64,000 nucleotides of DNA from an uncultured Verrucomicrobiae bacterium (GCA_963765205.1 CAVXVB010000004.1:160001-224000); one strand, 5' to 3'; shown: positions 40,398 through 49,991, counted from the first letter of the stretch. The notes: generated from the letters alone by a model not told the origin. A program made the numbers and translations.

Positions 40398-42977
40398 ATG
40401 AACCCGTCGCAGTATAATTTCGGTGACCCAACCGGGGGCAGACGCAAGACGCCGTCCCGCCGGTGGCGAAGGGTGGTCTTGAGTATTATCAGTGTTTTCA
40501 TCGTCGCAACGATTTTTGCCGCCGGGGTGGGCGAGGGGCTACACCTGGCGGCGCAGAAGAACACCGTCCACAAAACCACAGCCACGGCTGGCGGAAAACA
40601 AGTCAGGGAGAAGACCGGGAGCGAAGTAATCATTCCCAAAAGCATTGCCTGGAACCCACAAGGTTCCCTGGCGGACATCCTGGCCAAATACACCGGCTTC
40701 GAGCGCGTCAAGGCCCTCATTGCCCTGGTGGATCAAACCCCGGTCACGCAATTGGGCCAGCTTATTGACGACGCCCAACGCTGCCCCTATCCCGAGTTTC
40801 GCAAGACGGTGTATGACGCCGTGTTCGCCAAATGGACCGCCACCGACCCGGCCGGAGCCGTCAGTTACGCCGCGGGCTTTGCCACGCGGGCCGGCCAGCC
40901 GGACATGATCTATACTGTCTTTTCCGCCTGGGCCGGGATCAACCCCCAAGCCGCCCTCGCCGCGGCGGAGAAGCTGGGCAAAGCCTCGCTGCGCACCGCG
41001 GCCATCGGCCAGGTGCTCACCACCTGGGTGCAATTCGACCCGATCGGCGCGCTGGCCACCACCAAGACCCTCCCGCGCGGGGTGGTGGACGACAAGCTGA
41101 TGAAGTGGCTCTTCGATTTGTGGTCGCGCCAAGACCCCGCCTCCGCCTTGGCGTCCCTGGATTTCATTGGCAGTGCCAACCTGCGCCGCGACATCCAAAA
41201 CTCCATCATCGCCAATATGGCGGCCAGCGATCCTGCCTTGGCGTTGAGCACTTTGCGCAATCTGCCCGTGGGCCAGCAATCCCCGCAACTCTTCAACACC
41301 GTCTTTCAGGCCCTGGCCGGGCAGGACCCGACCGCCGCCCTGGCCGCGTTGAATGACCTGCCGCTGGGCGCGGCGCGCATGGCTGCCCTGCAAGGCCTGT
41401 TTAGTGCTTGGGCGCAAAATGACCCGCTGGCCGCCATGCAAATGGCCCAGTCCTTCCCCGTCGGCCCGGACCGCGACAATGCCTTGCAGGTGAGCCTGAA
41501 CAATCTCTTTTTGCAAAATCCCAGCGCGGCCGGCAACTACATCGCCACCCTCCCCAACGGAACCAACCGCAACAACCTCATCACGGCCCTCGCCGCCAAA
41601 TGGGCGGACAGCGATCCCGCCGCCGCCCTTGCCTGGCTGGACAAGAGCGTCAACGGCACCCTCTACGACTCGGCGGCGGGCACCGTGCTGAATGCCTTTG
41701 CCAGCACCGACCCGAATGCCGCCATGGCCTATATCACGCAACTGCCCGCCGGCACAAAACGCAATACCTACATGCAGACGGCCATTGGCGTGTGGGCTGC
41801 CCAAGACCCTTCCGCTGCTATGGCTTGGGTGGACAACAGCCTCACCGGCACGCCGCATGATTTGGCGGCGATGAGCGTGGTGAATCAAATGGCCCAGTCC
41901 GACCCCACGCAGGCGATGGGCTACATCGCCCAATTGCCGGCGGGGGCCGGGCGCGACAACGCCATGATCACCTTGTCCTCCACGCTCGCAACCCAAGACG
42001 TGGATACTGCCCTGGGCTGGATGCAGAGTTTGCCCGATGACACCAGCGATGCCGTCCGCAGCACGATTATGCAAAACATTGTCAATTCGTGGTCGAGCGT
42101 GGATCCGGTCGGCGCGGCGGCTTATGTTCAAGACTATGCCGATGACCCCGCTTATGCCAACGCCATCGCCAGCGTGGCGTCCGCCTGGGCGCAAAACGAC
42201 AGCCCGGCCGCCCTCGCTTGGGCGGAGGGCCTGCCCGACGGCCCCGCCCGCAACGGCGCTGTGTCCACTTCGTTGGTGAGCCTCGCCAATTATGACGCCC
42301 CCACCGCCTGGGCGAATGCGGCGGACAACTTTGATATGCCCACTTCCGCGTCAGGCCCGTATAACACCTTTTCGCAGATCGTCCAATCGTGGAGCGCCAC
42401 GGACCCGGCGGCGGCCGCCGAACACATCGCCGACCTGCCCGTGGGCGGCGGCTTTGTGGTGACGGTCAACGCCCTGGCGCAAAACTGGCTGTCGCAAGAC
42501 ACGCAGGGCGCTTCGCAATGGATGGCCAGCTTGCCGGATGGCCCGGAGCGCAACCAGGCGGTGGGGGTGCTCGTCCGTACGGAGGCGGACAACGATCCGG
42601 AAACGGCGTTTAATTGGGCCATTACCACCGACAACCCCATCCCCCTCATGGGCACCGCCTTGACGGCTTGGGCGAAAGTTGACCCTACGGCCGCCGCCGC
42701 CGCCCTGGCCAACACCCCCGTTAACGACGACCAATACAACAATCTCCTCAATCAAATCCAACAAGCGGCGACCGGCGGTCCTAAAGTAATCAACCTGCAA
42801 GCCGGGCAATCCGTGGCGGCAGTGGTGCAAGCGCTCAATAATCAACGAATAAACAATAACGGATCAAGCGGCTTCTCGATTACTATTAATCCTGGCCCGC
42901 GCGCAGGCGGCCCGCGGATTATTACTTCACCGACTCCAAACTCCGGCCCGTCCTCCGGCCCAATGCCACTGCCGTAA
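40398..42977 (+). CDS. Membrane-anchored alpha-solenoid repeat protein
   Basis: N-terminal TM helix, then about 20 units of W..xDP.AA.A...LP.G..R; start uncertain. Confidence 0.8.
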   Translation: MNPSQYNFGDPTGGRRKTPSRRWRRVVLSIISVFIVATIFAAGVGEGLHLAAQKNTVHKTTATAGGKQVREKTGSEVIIPKSIAWNPQGSLADILAKYTGFERVKALIALVDQTPVTQLGQLIDDAQRCPYPEFRKTVYDAVFAKWTATDPAGAVSYAAGFATRAGQPDMIYTVFSAWAGINPQAALAAAEKLGKASLRTAAIGQVLTTWVQFDPIGALATTKTLPRGVVDDKLMKWLFDLWSRQDPASALASLDFIGSANLRRDIQNSIIANMAASDPALALSTLRNLPVGQQSPQLFNTVFQALAGQDPTAALAALNDLPLGAARMAALQGLFSAWAQNDPLAAMQMAQSFPVGPDRDNALQVSLNNLFLQNPSAAGNYIATLPNGTNRNNLITALAAKWADSDPAAALAWLDKSVNGTLYDSAAGTVLNAFASTDPNAAMAYITQLPAGTKRNTYMQTAIGVWAAQDPSAAMAWVDNSLTGTPHDLAAMSVVNQMAQSDPTQAMGYIAQLPAGAGRDNAMITLSSTLATQDVDTALGWMQSLPDDTSDAVRSTIMQNIVNSWSSVDPVGAAAYVQDYADDPAYANAIASVASAWAQNDSPAALAWAEGLPDGPARNGAVSTSLVSLANYDAPTAWANAADNFDMPTSASGPYNTFSQIVQSWSATDPAAAAEHIADLPVGGGFVVTVNALAQNWLSQDTQGASQWMASLPDGPERNQAVGVLVRTEADNDPETAFNWAITTDNPIPLMGTALTAWAKVDPTAAAAALANTPVNDDQYNNLLNQIQQAATGGPKVINLQAGQSVAAVVQALNNQRINNNGSSGFSITINPGPRAGGPRIITSPTPNSGPSSGPMPLP

Positions 42978-43134
42978 ATGCGTCTTGCCGGAAGCGTTCA
43001 ATGCAGCCCCGGAGATTTTGTGCGCGAGGATTTCACAAATCCCGTGAATGTAAGGTGCCTATGTTCACTTCCAGGCGGATTTTGGCTTGAATTAAAAATT
43101 CATCAACAAAAACGGGCTTTCGGTGTTAATATAC

Positions 43135-43173
43135 AAAAAGGGAGCGGGAGCGGATTAATTTCCACTCCCGCTC
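43135..43173 (-). terminator. Intrinsic terminator (minus strand)
   Basis: GAGCGGGAGTGGA-AATTAA-TCCGCTCCCGCTC followed by CCTTTTT. Confidence 0.6.
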
Positions 43174-43340
43174 GGTTCGCGCGACGGCTTGCGCCGTCAG
43201 CGGTCGGCGGTTCGGGGCTGCGAGCCTGAGCCGCCAAAGTCTTTCCGCCCATCCGCATAGCGTGCGGGTGGGCGGGGGACTGACGTTCCGCGATGGGCGA
43301 CTGGGGTATCAGTTAAAGATTAACTCATATCCCTATCCCT
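43135..43340. ncRNA. Candidate structured RNA or regulatory element (five adjacent hairpins)
   Basis: Stems at 43142-43173, 43183-43198, 43206-43235, 43238-43281, 43304-43333; no credible ORF; family not recognised. Confidence 0.45.
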
Positions 43341-43403
43341 TCGGGCGCGATTTGCACCCGGGCTGGGGTAAAGTTTTTCCAAAAATAATGATGCTTGGCT
43401 TCG

Positions 43404-43922
43404 TTAGTCCAGTGCGTTTTTCTCCCGCGCCAGCACCTTAAAGACATAGGGCACCGGGCCGGCCGGGCCTGGATGTTCGGAGACAACATTGGTGAAGCCG
43501 GCTTGCGCAAAGGTGGCCCAGGGTAGAAAAGTGTCGCCGGGGAAATCGGCGTGGATTTCCGTAAGGTAAACACGGTCGGCCTGGGGCAGCGCCTCGCGGT
43601 AAACCTCCGGGCCGCCGCCGACCCAAATCGGGCCGGGATGCGGCGAGGCCTGCGCGAGGGCCAGCGCTGCGGGCCAGCTTTGCGCCGCGCGCGCGCCGGG
43701 CGGAGGAACATAATGGAGATTGCGGCTCAGAACGATGACCTCGCGATTCGGCAGGGCAGCGCCGTGGTGATCCTGGCATTTGCGGCCATGAATGAGGATG
43801 CCCCCGCGCGTAGTGGCGAGGAAATATTCCCATTCATCCGGCAACTTCCACGGCAGACCTCCATCGCGGCCGATGGCGCCATTGCGGGCGACGGCAAGAA
43901 TGAGATGGATTGGCTTGGGCAA
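43404..43922 (-). CDS. folA: Dihydrofolate reductase
   Basis: AVARNGAIGRDGGLPW, GRK, LPNR.VIVLSR, WVGGG..VY, GDTF.P. Confidence 0.9.
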   Translation of the reverse strand: MPKPIHLILAVARNGAIGRDGGLPWKLPDEWEYFLATTRGGILIHGRKCQDHHGAALPNREVIVLSRNLHYVPPPGARAAQSWPAALALAQASPHPGPIWVGGGPEVYREALPQADRVYLTEIHADFPGDTFLPWATFAQAGFTNVVSEHPGPAGPVPYVFKVLAREKNALD

Positions 43923-43946
43923 ACGAAAATTATGAATTCACCTGGC

Positions 43947-44645
43947 TTAATTCACTTCTGGCTTCTGCGACATCGCACACCCTTGCGGGTAAACGGCGTC
44001 AAGCGCGCCCCACAGAGCCTTCAGCACGCGTTCGGCCCCGGCGATGATTTCGGCGTCGTTCAGGCCGGCCGCTTCCAGCCCGAGCCACATGCGCCAAGCT
44101 TCGCGGTGGCGCACGTCGGCTTCCTGGTGGACGGAAAAATAGGCGAGCGCCGCGGGCTGGTTGATGCCGTAAAATTTGCGCAGCCCAGCGATTTTTTCGC
44201 CGGAAATTTCCGGCACTTGCGCTTCATAGGCGTAGAATGCGGCGACGGCCTGAGGCAGCGAACCCCGCTCGGAGATGTCGCGAAAGGCCAGCAGTAACTC
44301 GGCAATGCCGGGCAGCGGTTTGGTGGCGTCAAGGCGGGCGTCGTCGGTGCCGACCGCGTGGGCGAACTGACGCCAAAGTTGGGGGTGTGGCGCGATGGGG
44401 TCGAGCTCCTCGGCGAGGTTTTCGGCGACAAGGTCTTCGAGCGGGCCATCACAACGTGCAGCCAAGCGCGTCAAATTTTTTGGGAAGGCGCGGACGTGCT
44501 GGTAATACTGCTCAGCGTAAAGCGCGAGGGTCTCGCGGGACAAGGTGCCTTCGGTCCAAGCCTGGTAGAAAGGATGCTTGAGCAGATGATACTGCGCAAT
44601 GAGCTGGTCGAGCGCAGCGAGGAGCGGAGAATTTTCTTGGGTCAT
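43947..44645 (-). CDS. CADD/CT610-family heme-oxygenase-like dimetal protein (probable pABA synthase)
   Basis: HLLKHPFYQAW, YAEQYYQHV.AFP, NLAEE, HPQLW, YAYEAQVP.IS.EK, YF.VH.EADVRH; adjacent to folA. Confidence 0.88.
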   Translation of the reverse strand: MTQENSPLLAALDQLIAQYHLLKHPFYQAWTEGTLSRETLALYAEQYYQHVRAFPKNLTRLAARCDGPLEDLVAENLAEELDPIAPHPQLWRQFAHAVGTDDARLDATKPLPGIAELLLAFRDISERGSLPQAVAAFYAYEAQVPEISGEKIAGLRKFYGINQPAALAYFSVHQEADVRHREAWRMWLGLEAAGLNDAEIIAGAERVLKALWGALDAVYPQGCAMSQKPEVN

Positions 44646-44798
44646 GGAAGGAAAGATTTTTGCAAGTAGCGCGGCATTGTCTTCACAAGCGCGCCGACTT
44701 GGCAAGCAAAACGACGCAAAAACTTCTCCACAATTTTACACCGCCGATTGTGAATATGTGAATAACTTTTTTCGATGAAGCAGGCCGCAGAAGAATTA

Positions 44799-44869
44799 AC
44801 CACGGATTACATGGATGGCACGGATGGGCAGATCGGAAAATAATCCGTGCTATCCTCGCCATCCGTGGT
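44799..44869. repeat. Inverted 9-mer array element
   Basis: ACCACGGATTACATGGATGGCACGGAT ... ATCCGTGCTATCCTCGCCATCCGTGGT. Confidence 0.85.
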
Positions 44870-44888
44870 CAAAAATAAATCCTCTTCG

Positions 44889-45350
44889 TCACTCTTCGCG
44901 CGAAACTTTTTCAAGACTGACTTTGGGCAGTTTGTTGGCGGTGGCGACGACGTAAGCCGGCTCCTTGGTGCGGACCCAGACTTGTTGCTCCTTCAGGAAG
45001 CGCGCGGGGACGTGCTCGCAGACCTCGGCGATGGTCTTCGCCGGCAATCGGCGACCGCGCGACGAGGCGTTGAAATCCTGGGCGGCCTTGATCAGACGCT
45101 CTTCCGTCGCGATTGCATTGGCCACCTCGGGAATCTGCACCACCCAGCCCGTGAAGTCCTTGCCCTCCAGGTGCCCGCGCGGGTCGGACACGAGGATGAC
45201 GTATTGTTTTTTGACCGGTGGCGGCTTCTCGTCGTCCACCATCGCCGCGAGTTCCTGGTTTATCTCCTCAATGATGTGCGCCACCTGGCGCACATCCATT
45301 TCGTTGCGCTGGAGAATAATTTTGACGAGTTCGAGATCAACTTTGGGCAT
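44889..45350 (-). CDS. Hypothetical cytoplasmic protein
   Basis: 153-aa ORF with typical codon usage; KKQYVILVSDP...GWVVQIPE...FLKEQQVWVRTKEP. Confidence 0.8.
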   Translation of the reverse strand: MPKVDLELVKIILQRNEMDVRQVAHIIEEINQELAAMVDDEKPPPVKKQYVILVSDPRGHLEGKDFTGWVVQIPEVANAIATEERLIKAAQDFNASSRGRRLPAKTIAEVCEHVPARFLKEQQVWVRTKEPAYVVATANKLPKVSLEKVSREE

Positions 45351-45359
45351 GGTCAGAAA

Positions 45360-45389
45360 AAATTAAGAATTATGAATTAAGAAGTGAAG
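45360..45389. repeat. Heptamer array (GAATTAA/GAATTAT), single arm
   Basis: AAATTAA GAATTAT GAATTAA GAAGTGA. Confidence 0.7.
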
Positions 45390-45480
45390 GGCCAACTGCC
45401 GGAGGTGACGATGCGGGTTTATTCACTTTCAATGCAGACGCGACCAAAGGAGGGCGGTCCGGCGATGGATTCAATCCGGG

Positions 45481-47256
45481 CTATTCCCGTCCAGGACCAC
45501 GCCCACCACCGGGCGGGGGCCGGCGTCCGTAGCCGCGATGCCGGCGCGGGCCGCCACCTCCACGGTTGTCGCGCGGGCCCTCGTCGCGGCTCTCCGGGGA
45601 TCCGCCACCGCGGCGCTCCGGTTGTCCGCCGCGATGGTCGGGTGGGTTGCGGCCTTGTCCGCCACGGGCTGGGCCGGAATGGCGCTGCTGGCCTTCGTGG
45701 GAAGAATGCGAGTGGTGGGAAGAGTGGGCGGGTTCGCGCGGGTGAGAGGCTTCGCGTTGGTGCGTCGGTTCAGTTCGGGCTTCGCGGCCCTGTTCCTCGC
45801 GTTGGGAGTAGGGGACTTCGTCCTCGTGCGAGCCGTAGGGAACCTCTTCGTGGCGGTGGGTGGCCGCGCCTGCGGGTGCAACGGTTTCGTCGGAGAATGG
45901 TTCTTCGAGCCGTTCCCGATCTTCGCGCATCTCACGGTCGTCTCGCGGGGCGCGTTCTTCGCCACCATTGTCCTGCGGCGCAGTTTCATCGCTGCCTTCT
46001 TCGTCGGACTCGGAATGAGGAGTGCGGAAGCTGTCATCGCGCGCAAAGGTCCGTTCCTCGGCGGGTTCCTCAGGATCGGGATATTCGCGCTCGGGGCTGG
46101 ACGCAGGCTGGTTTTGCGGGGGGCGGCCTTGGGCGGGCAGGCGCGGTTGGCCGCCGCCGGGCGGGCGATTGCCGAAGTTTTCATTGGGCTGGCCGCGCCC
46201 GCCGCGTCCACGGCGACGCCCACCCCGACCACCACGCCCACCCCGGCCGCCGCTACCACCACGCCCACCGCCGCCTTGGCCTTGGTCGTAGCCGCGCTGG
46301 CCTTGTGGCAGGTGTTCGCCTTGGCGGCGGGGTGCATCCTGCGGTGCGCCTTGAAATTCATCTTCACGGTTGGACGCCCACGGCAGCGGTTCCTGGTCGG
46401 GATCCCAATCCTCTTCTTCATCTTCGTCCTCGAAATCTTCCGTGGCCGATAGTGGGGCGTCGGCGGGGCGGGCGCGTTCCGGCGTAGGTATGGGTTCAGG
46501 CTCGCTGGGGAAGTGCTGGCGCGGAGGCAGTTGCACGTCGCGCGTGGCGAGGCCCGCCAGTTCCGCGGTGCGCAGCAAACGCGGCGTTTCGCTTGTGGCC
46601 GCCGGGCGGATCACGAGCGTCGAGACGACGTTGCTGGGCCGCGACCGGAAGAGGTGCTCCACGGTTTCGGCGACCAGTTCCGGGTTGACCGCGCTTTGCG
46701 GATCAAGGGCGTAAGCCGCTTCCGGCGAGGTTTCGGCGTTGGCGCGCGCGTAAACGGTCGTCGCACGCACCCCGTCGCTGCGCAGTTCCTCGAACAGGGC
46801 GTCGGTAAAGCAGTGCAGCCCGCCTTCAATTGCGGCGGTCAGTGGGCCGCCGGGCGCGGGGCCGTCGCCATTCCAGCACAAAACCAGGAAATGCCCCTGC
46901 TCTTTGCGCAGCCACGGTAGCGTGACGCGCGCGAGCGCCAGAGGCGCGAGCAGCCCGACATTGACCCGCGCCGCCAAGTCGGCGATGGGTGAATCAAACC
47001 AGGACGCCGGCGCGCGGCGCGCGGCATGCACGACGAAGCTGACATGCCCTTCACGCGCCACGATGTCCTCGGCCACCTTGGTCAAGGCTGCCGGGTCCGC
47101 GAGGTCGCAAGCGAGGGGGATGAAATCGTCGTGGGGAAAAGGGTTGCGGAGGAACTGGGTGGCGAGTGCATACACTCGGCAGCCCATGCCGATCAAGCGC
47201 CGGGCGATGGCCAGCCCCGGCCCGGCGTCGGCGCCGGTGACTAAAGCAATGTCCAT
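45481..47256 (-). CDS. SDR-fold protein with degenerate catalytic motif and a low-complexity C-terminal tail of about 350 aa
   Basis: ALVTGADAGPG, CDL, VN; YxxxK position reads TAAIE; tail with acidic runs and GGRGG repeats. Confidence 0.75.
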   Translation of the reverse strand: MDIALVTGADAGPGLAIARRLIGMGCRVYALATQFLRNPFPHDDFIPLACDLADPAALTKVAEDIVAREGHVSFVVHAARRAPASWFDSPIADLAARVNVGLLAPLALARVTLPWLRKEQGHFLVLCWNGDGPAPGGPLTAAIEGGLHCFTDALFEELRSDGVRATTVYARANAETSPEAAYALDPQSAVNPELVAETVEHLFRSRPSNVVSTLVIRPAATSETPRLLRTAELAGLATRDVQLPPRQHFPSEPEPIPTPERARPADAPLSATEDFEDEDEEEDWDPDQEPLPWASNREDEFQGAPQDAPRRQGEHLPQGQRGYDQGQGGGGRGGSGGRGGRGGRGGRRRGRGGRGQPNENFGNRPPGGGQPRLPAQGRPPQNQPASSPEREYPDPEEPAEERTFARDDSFRTPHSESDEEGSDETAPQDNGGEERAPRDDREMREDRERLEEPFSDETVAPAGAATHRHEEVPYGSHEDEVPYSQREEQGREARTEPTHQREASHPREPAHSSHHSHSSHEGQQRHSGPARGGQGRNPPDHRGGQPERRGGGSPESRDEGPRDNRGGGGPRRHRGYGRRPPPGGGRGPGRE

Positions 47257-47601
47257 TTAGGTAAGGGTTAGGGAGAATTGTGGGTTGGGGGTGGGGCGGG
47301 CACTCAGGCGCGGGGCCAAGCGAACCCGCCGAAATTGAGGGGAAAGAGGCAAACGGCTAATACAGGCCGCCCGCGCCGGGCGCAAGCGGGAAAGAAGCAG
47401 ATTGTTTTTGGGCGCTCATACGCTGGCGCAAAAATATCATTGTTTGACAGCCGCGGCGCGCGTGCGGGTTGGCGGTGGAACGTTTTATGCTGACTTGCCA
47501 ATCTCGCCATTGACTTTCGGGAGTTTGTAAGGATATTGAAAGGCGCGCGATAATGGTTTAGGATTCTACACTAGAGGACGCCATCGGCCCTCCCCCACCC
47601 T

Positions 47602-48534
47602 ATGGACTCCGAATTTCTCGATGATCCTCCGCCTGCCCCGCCGCCATCCGGTTGGGCGGCTTGGCGCGTTTTGGTCTGGGCTGCGTTGACCCTTTTCCTC
47701 TACAACAGTTGGGCAGTCGCGTGGCACGGATGGACAAGCGTGCTGGCTTACGAGGTGCCGAGCCACACCGCGCTCGCCGCCGGGCATTGGTGGACACTGC
47801 TTGCTTATGCGTTAACCGGGGCGGGCACCAGTTTGCCCACGCAGTGGGTGGCCGGGCCACTGAGCATTTTTTTCCTGCTGATCGTGGCGCAACTGACCGA
47901 GGCCGAAATGTCGCGACGAGATTTTGTCTGGCTGTGCGTGGCGTGCGCGCTCGGCGGCGCGGCCTGCTGGCTGCCGCTGCATTGGGCGGGGGATGAGCGG
48001 CTGCTCTCAGGCTGCATGGTGCTGGTGCCCGGGCTGCTGTCGTTCTGGTGTTTTGCGATGCCGGACGAGGCGCTGCCGTTGCGGTTGTTTTTCACTTTTG
48101 ACGTGCGCCCGCAGGCGTTTTTCTGGCTGGTGCTGGCGCTCGAAACAGGCGCCTTTCTGAGCTTCGAACTGCCACAGGCGCTGGGCCACGCGGGAGCCTT
48201 CCACTCGAATTTTGACAACTCCGCCCATCTCGGCGCAATGATTGCGGGTTGGGCTTTTGCGTGCGTGTGGCGGCGCAGCCTCGAAATCAGCGAACTGCCC
48301 GCGCCGGCGGAAAAGGTTTCGCCCCCGGCCAACGTATTGCCCGTCGGCGCCCGGCGCGCCGCGGCGGTGGAAGCGGCCCACGCCGCGCCCACCCGCCCGG
48401 TCCCCGTCAGCCGCCGCGAATTGCGCGAGGAAGTAGACCGCATCCTCGACAAAATCAATCGCCAGGGCTTCGGGGCGCTCAACATCCAGGAGAAGCAGAC
48501 CCTCGACCGCGCGCGGAATTTGATGAAGAAGTAG
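47602..48534 (+). CDS. Rhomboid-family membrane protein with C-terminal DUF6576-like domain
   Basis: WWTLLAYA, SAHLG, EVDRILDKI...G..AL...EK..L. Confidence 0.75.
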   Translation: MDSEFLDDPPPAPPPSGWAAWRVLVWAALTLFLYNSWAVAWHGWTSVLAYEVPSHTALAAGHWWTLLAYALTGAGTSLPTQWVAGPLSIFFLLIVAQLTEAEMSRRDFVWLCVACALGGAACWLPLHWAGDERLLSGCMVLVPGLLSFWCFAMPDEALPLRLFFTFDVRPQAFFWLVLALETGAFLSFELPQALGHAGAFHSNFDNSAHLGAMIAGWAFACVWRRSLEISELPAPAEKVSPPANVLPVGARRAAAVEAAHAAPTRPVPVSRRELREEVDRILDKINRQGFGALNIQEKQTLDRARNLMKK

Positions 48535-48544
48535 GGAGATACCT

Positions 48545-48625
48545 GAGTGCTAATTTCTGAGTGCTGATTTCGGGCAAGCGAATTTCCAAACTGAAATCGG
48601 CTGGCTTTTATTCAGCATTCAGAAA
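48545..48625. repeat. Inverted heptamer-array element between convergent genes
   Basis: GAGTGCT AATTTCT GAGTGCT GATTTCG ... ATTCAGC ATTCAGA AAT; supplies the M20 gene stop. Confidence 0.75.
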
Positions 48626-49865
48626 TGCCGCTGTCCGCCATTGCCTCCACCGCCAGCACATTCAGCATCGCCTTTGGCACCAACGATGCCGGGTCGAGGT
48701 ATTCGGGGCGCTTGGGCGCGACGGGGTCGTCGCTCCATTCGGAGGTGTGGGCGTTGCCGCCAGCGGGGCCGAGGCCGTCGAGCGTCGGCAGGTGCGGGGC
48801 AAGGAGATTGCCGTCACTCAAACCGCCGCGGCGTTCCGCAGCGACACACGCGCCAAGTGAAGCCGCCGCACGGAAATAAATATCAAACAGCCGGCGCGTG
48901 GCGGGGTTTTCCGGCCACGCCGGGGTGCGGCCGGTGATTTCCGCGTGCACTTGGCAACGAAAACCATCGGACGCAGCGGCGATGGCACCTAGGGCGGTGA
49001 GGGTGAGGATGCGGTTTTCGGCTTCGCTCAAAACCGCCGGGTCGAAGGCGCGCAGTTCGCCGAGTGCTTCCGCTTCGTGGGGAACGCGATTGAGCGCTTC
49101 GCCTCCGCGGATAATGCCAACATTGGCGGTGCAGTCGCGGGCGGGGTCGGTCAACGCCTCGAGGTGAGAAACCAGGCGCGCGAGTTCGGCGATGGCGTTG
49201 GCCCCATCGGCGTGGCAACTGCCGGCGTGCGCGCCGCGGCCAGTGGCGGTGACGTGAAATTCCGCGCGGCCCTTGCGGGCGACGACGAGGTTGAATTCAT
49301 TTTCCCGCCAGGCACCGGATTCGTAAATGAGCGCGGCGACGGCCCGGTCGCCGAAGCGGGCCAGCGCGGCGCGCGCGAAGTCGTCGCCCAGGGTTTCCTC
49401 GGCCGCGTTTAAGGCGACCACCCAACTGAAGTGCTCAAGTAATTCCGGGGCTGCGGCGCGCAGCGCGCTAAGTTGCAACCAGAGCAGCGCGGTGCCGCCT
49501 TTGATGTCCACCACGCCGGGACCATAAATGCGGCCTTCCGCTTCCCGCCAGCGGAACTGGTGCCGCGCTTCCTCGGCGGGTGGGAATACGGTGTCGAGGT
49601 GGGAGACGCACAACAGCGTGGCGCGCGTGCGGCCGGGACGGCGCAGAAAAAGATGGTCGCCGCCGTGTCGGTCCGCACCGGGCAAGAACTCGGCGGAGAA
49701 ATCAAGCGGGGCGAAAGTGGCGGCCGTTGAGCGGGCGAGGGTGTTGACGCCGTCGCGATGGCGCGTGTAGCTATTGATGCCGACCCATGCGCGCAGATGG
49801 GCCAACGCGGCCGGCAGGTCGCGGGTCAGCGCGGCGCGGAGATCGTGAACGGGAACAGGCGGCAT
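48612..49865 (-). CDS. M20 family metallopeptidase (glutamate carboxypeptidase-like)
   Basis: SHLDTVF, GPGVVDIKGG, AEE, GAHAG, GGLSDGN, DGLGP.GGNAH. Confidence 0.9.
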   Translation of the reverse strand: MPPVPVHDLRAALTRDLPAALAHLRAWVGINSYTRHRDGVNTLARSTAATFAPLDFSAEFLPGADRHGGDHLFLRRPGRTRATLLCVSHLDTVFPPAEEARHQFRWREAEGRIYGPGVVDIKGGTALLWLQLSALRAAAPELLEHFSWVVALNAAEETLGDDFARAALARFGDRAVAALIYESGAWRENEFNLVVARKGRAEFHVTATGRGAHAGSCHADGANAIAELARLVSHLEALTDPARDCTANVGIIRGGEALNRVPHEAEALGELRAFDPAVLSEAENRILTLTALGAIAAASDGFRCQVHAEITGRTPAWPENPATRRLFDIYFRAAASLGACVAAERRGGLSDGNLLAPHLPTLDGLGPAGGNAHTSEWSDDPVAPKRPEYLDPASLVPKAMLNVLAVEAMADSGISEC

Positions 49866-49870
49866 GGGGT

Positions 49871-49991
49871 GAATCCTGATTGCGGATTTCTGAATGCTGA
49901 ATGAAGAACCCAATTGGCTGAATGCAAAATTTAGCCATCAGCTTTCGATGTTTAGGATTCAGAACTCAGAATTCAGCATTCAGAAATCAGC
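49871..49991. repeat. Inverted heptamer-array element
   Basis: GAATCCT GATTGCG GATTTCT GAATGCT GAATG ... ATTCAGA ACTCAGA ATTCAGC ATTCAGA AATCAGC. Confidence 0.85.

Noticed and set aside
45471..46421. Alternative-frame 316-aa ORF over the SDR tail
   Set aside because: Low-complexity GC-rich DNA leaves several frames open; no independent support.
47260..47600. Possible ncRNA in the SDR-rhomboid divergent gap
   Set aside because: No convincing stems or recognisable motif; consistent with promoter DNA.
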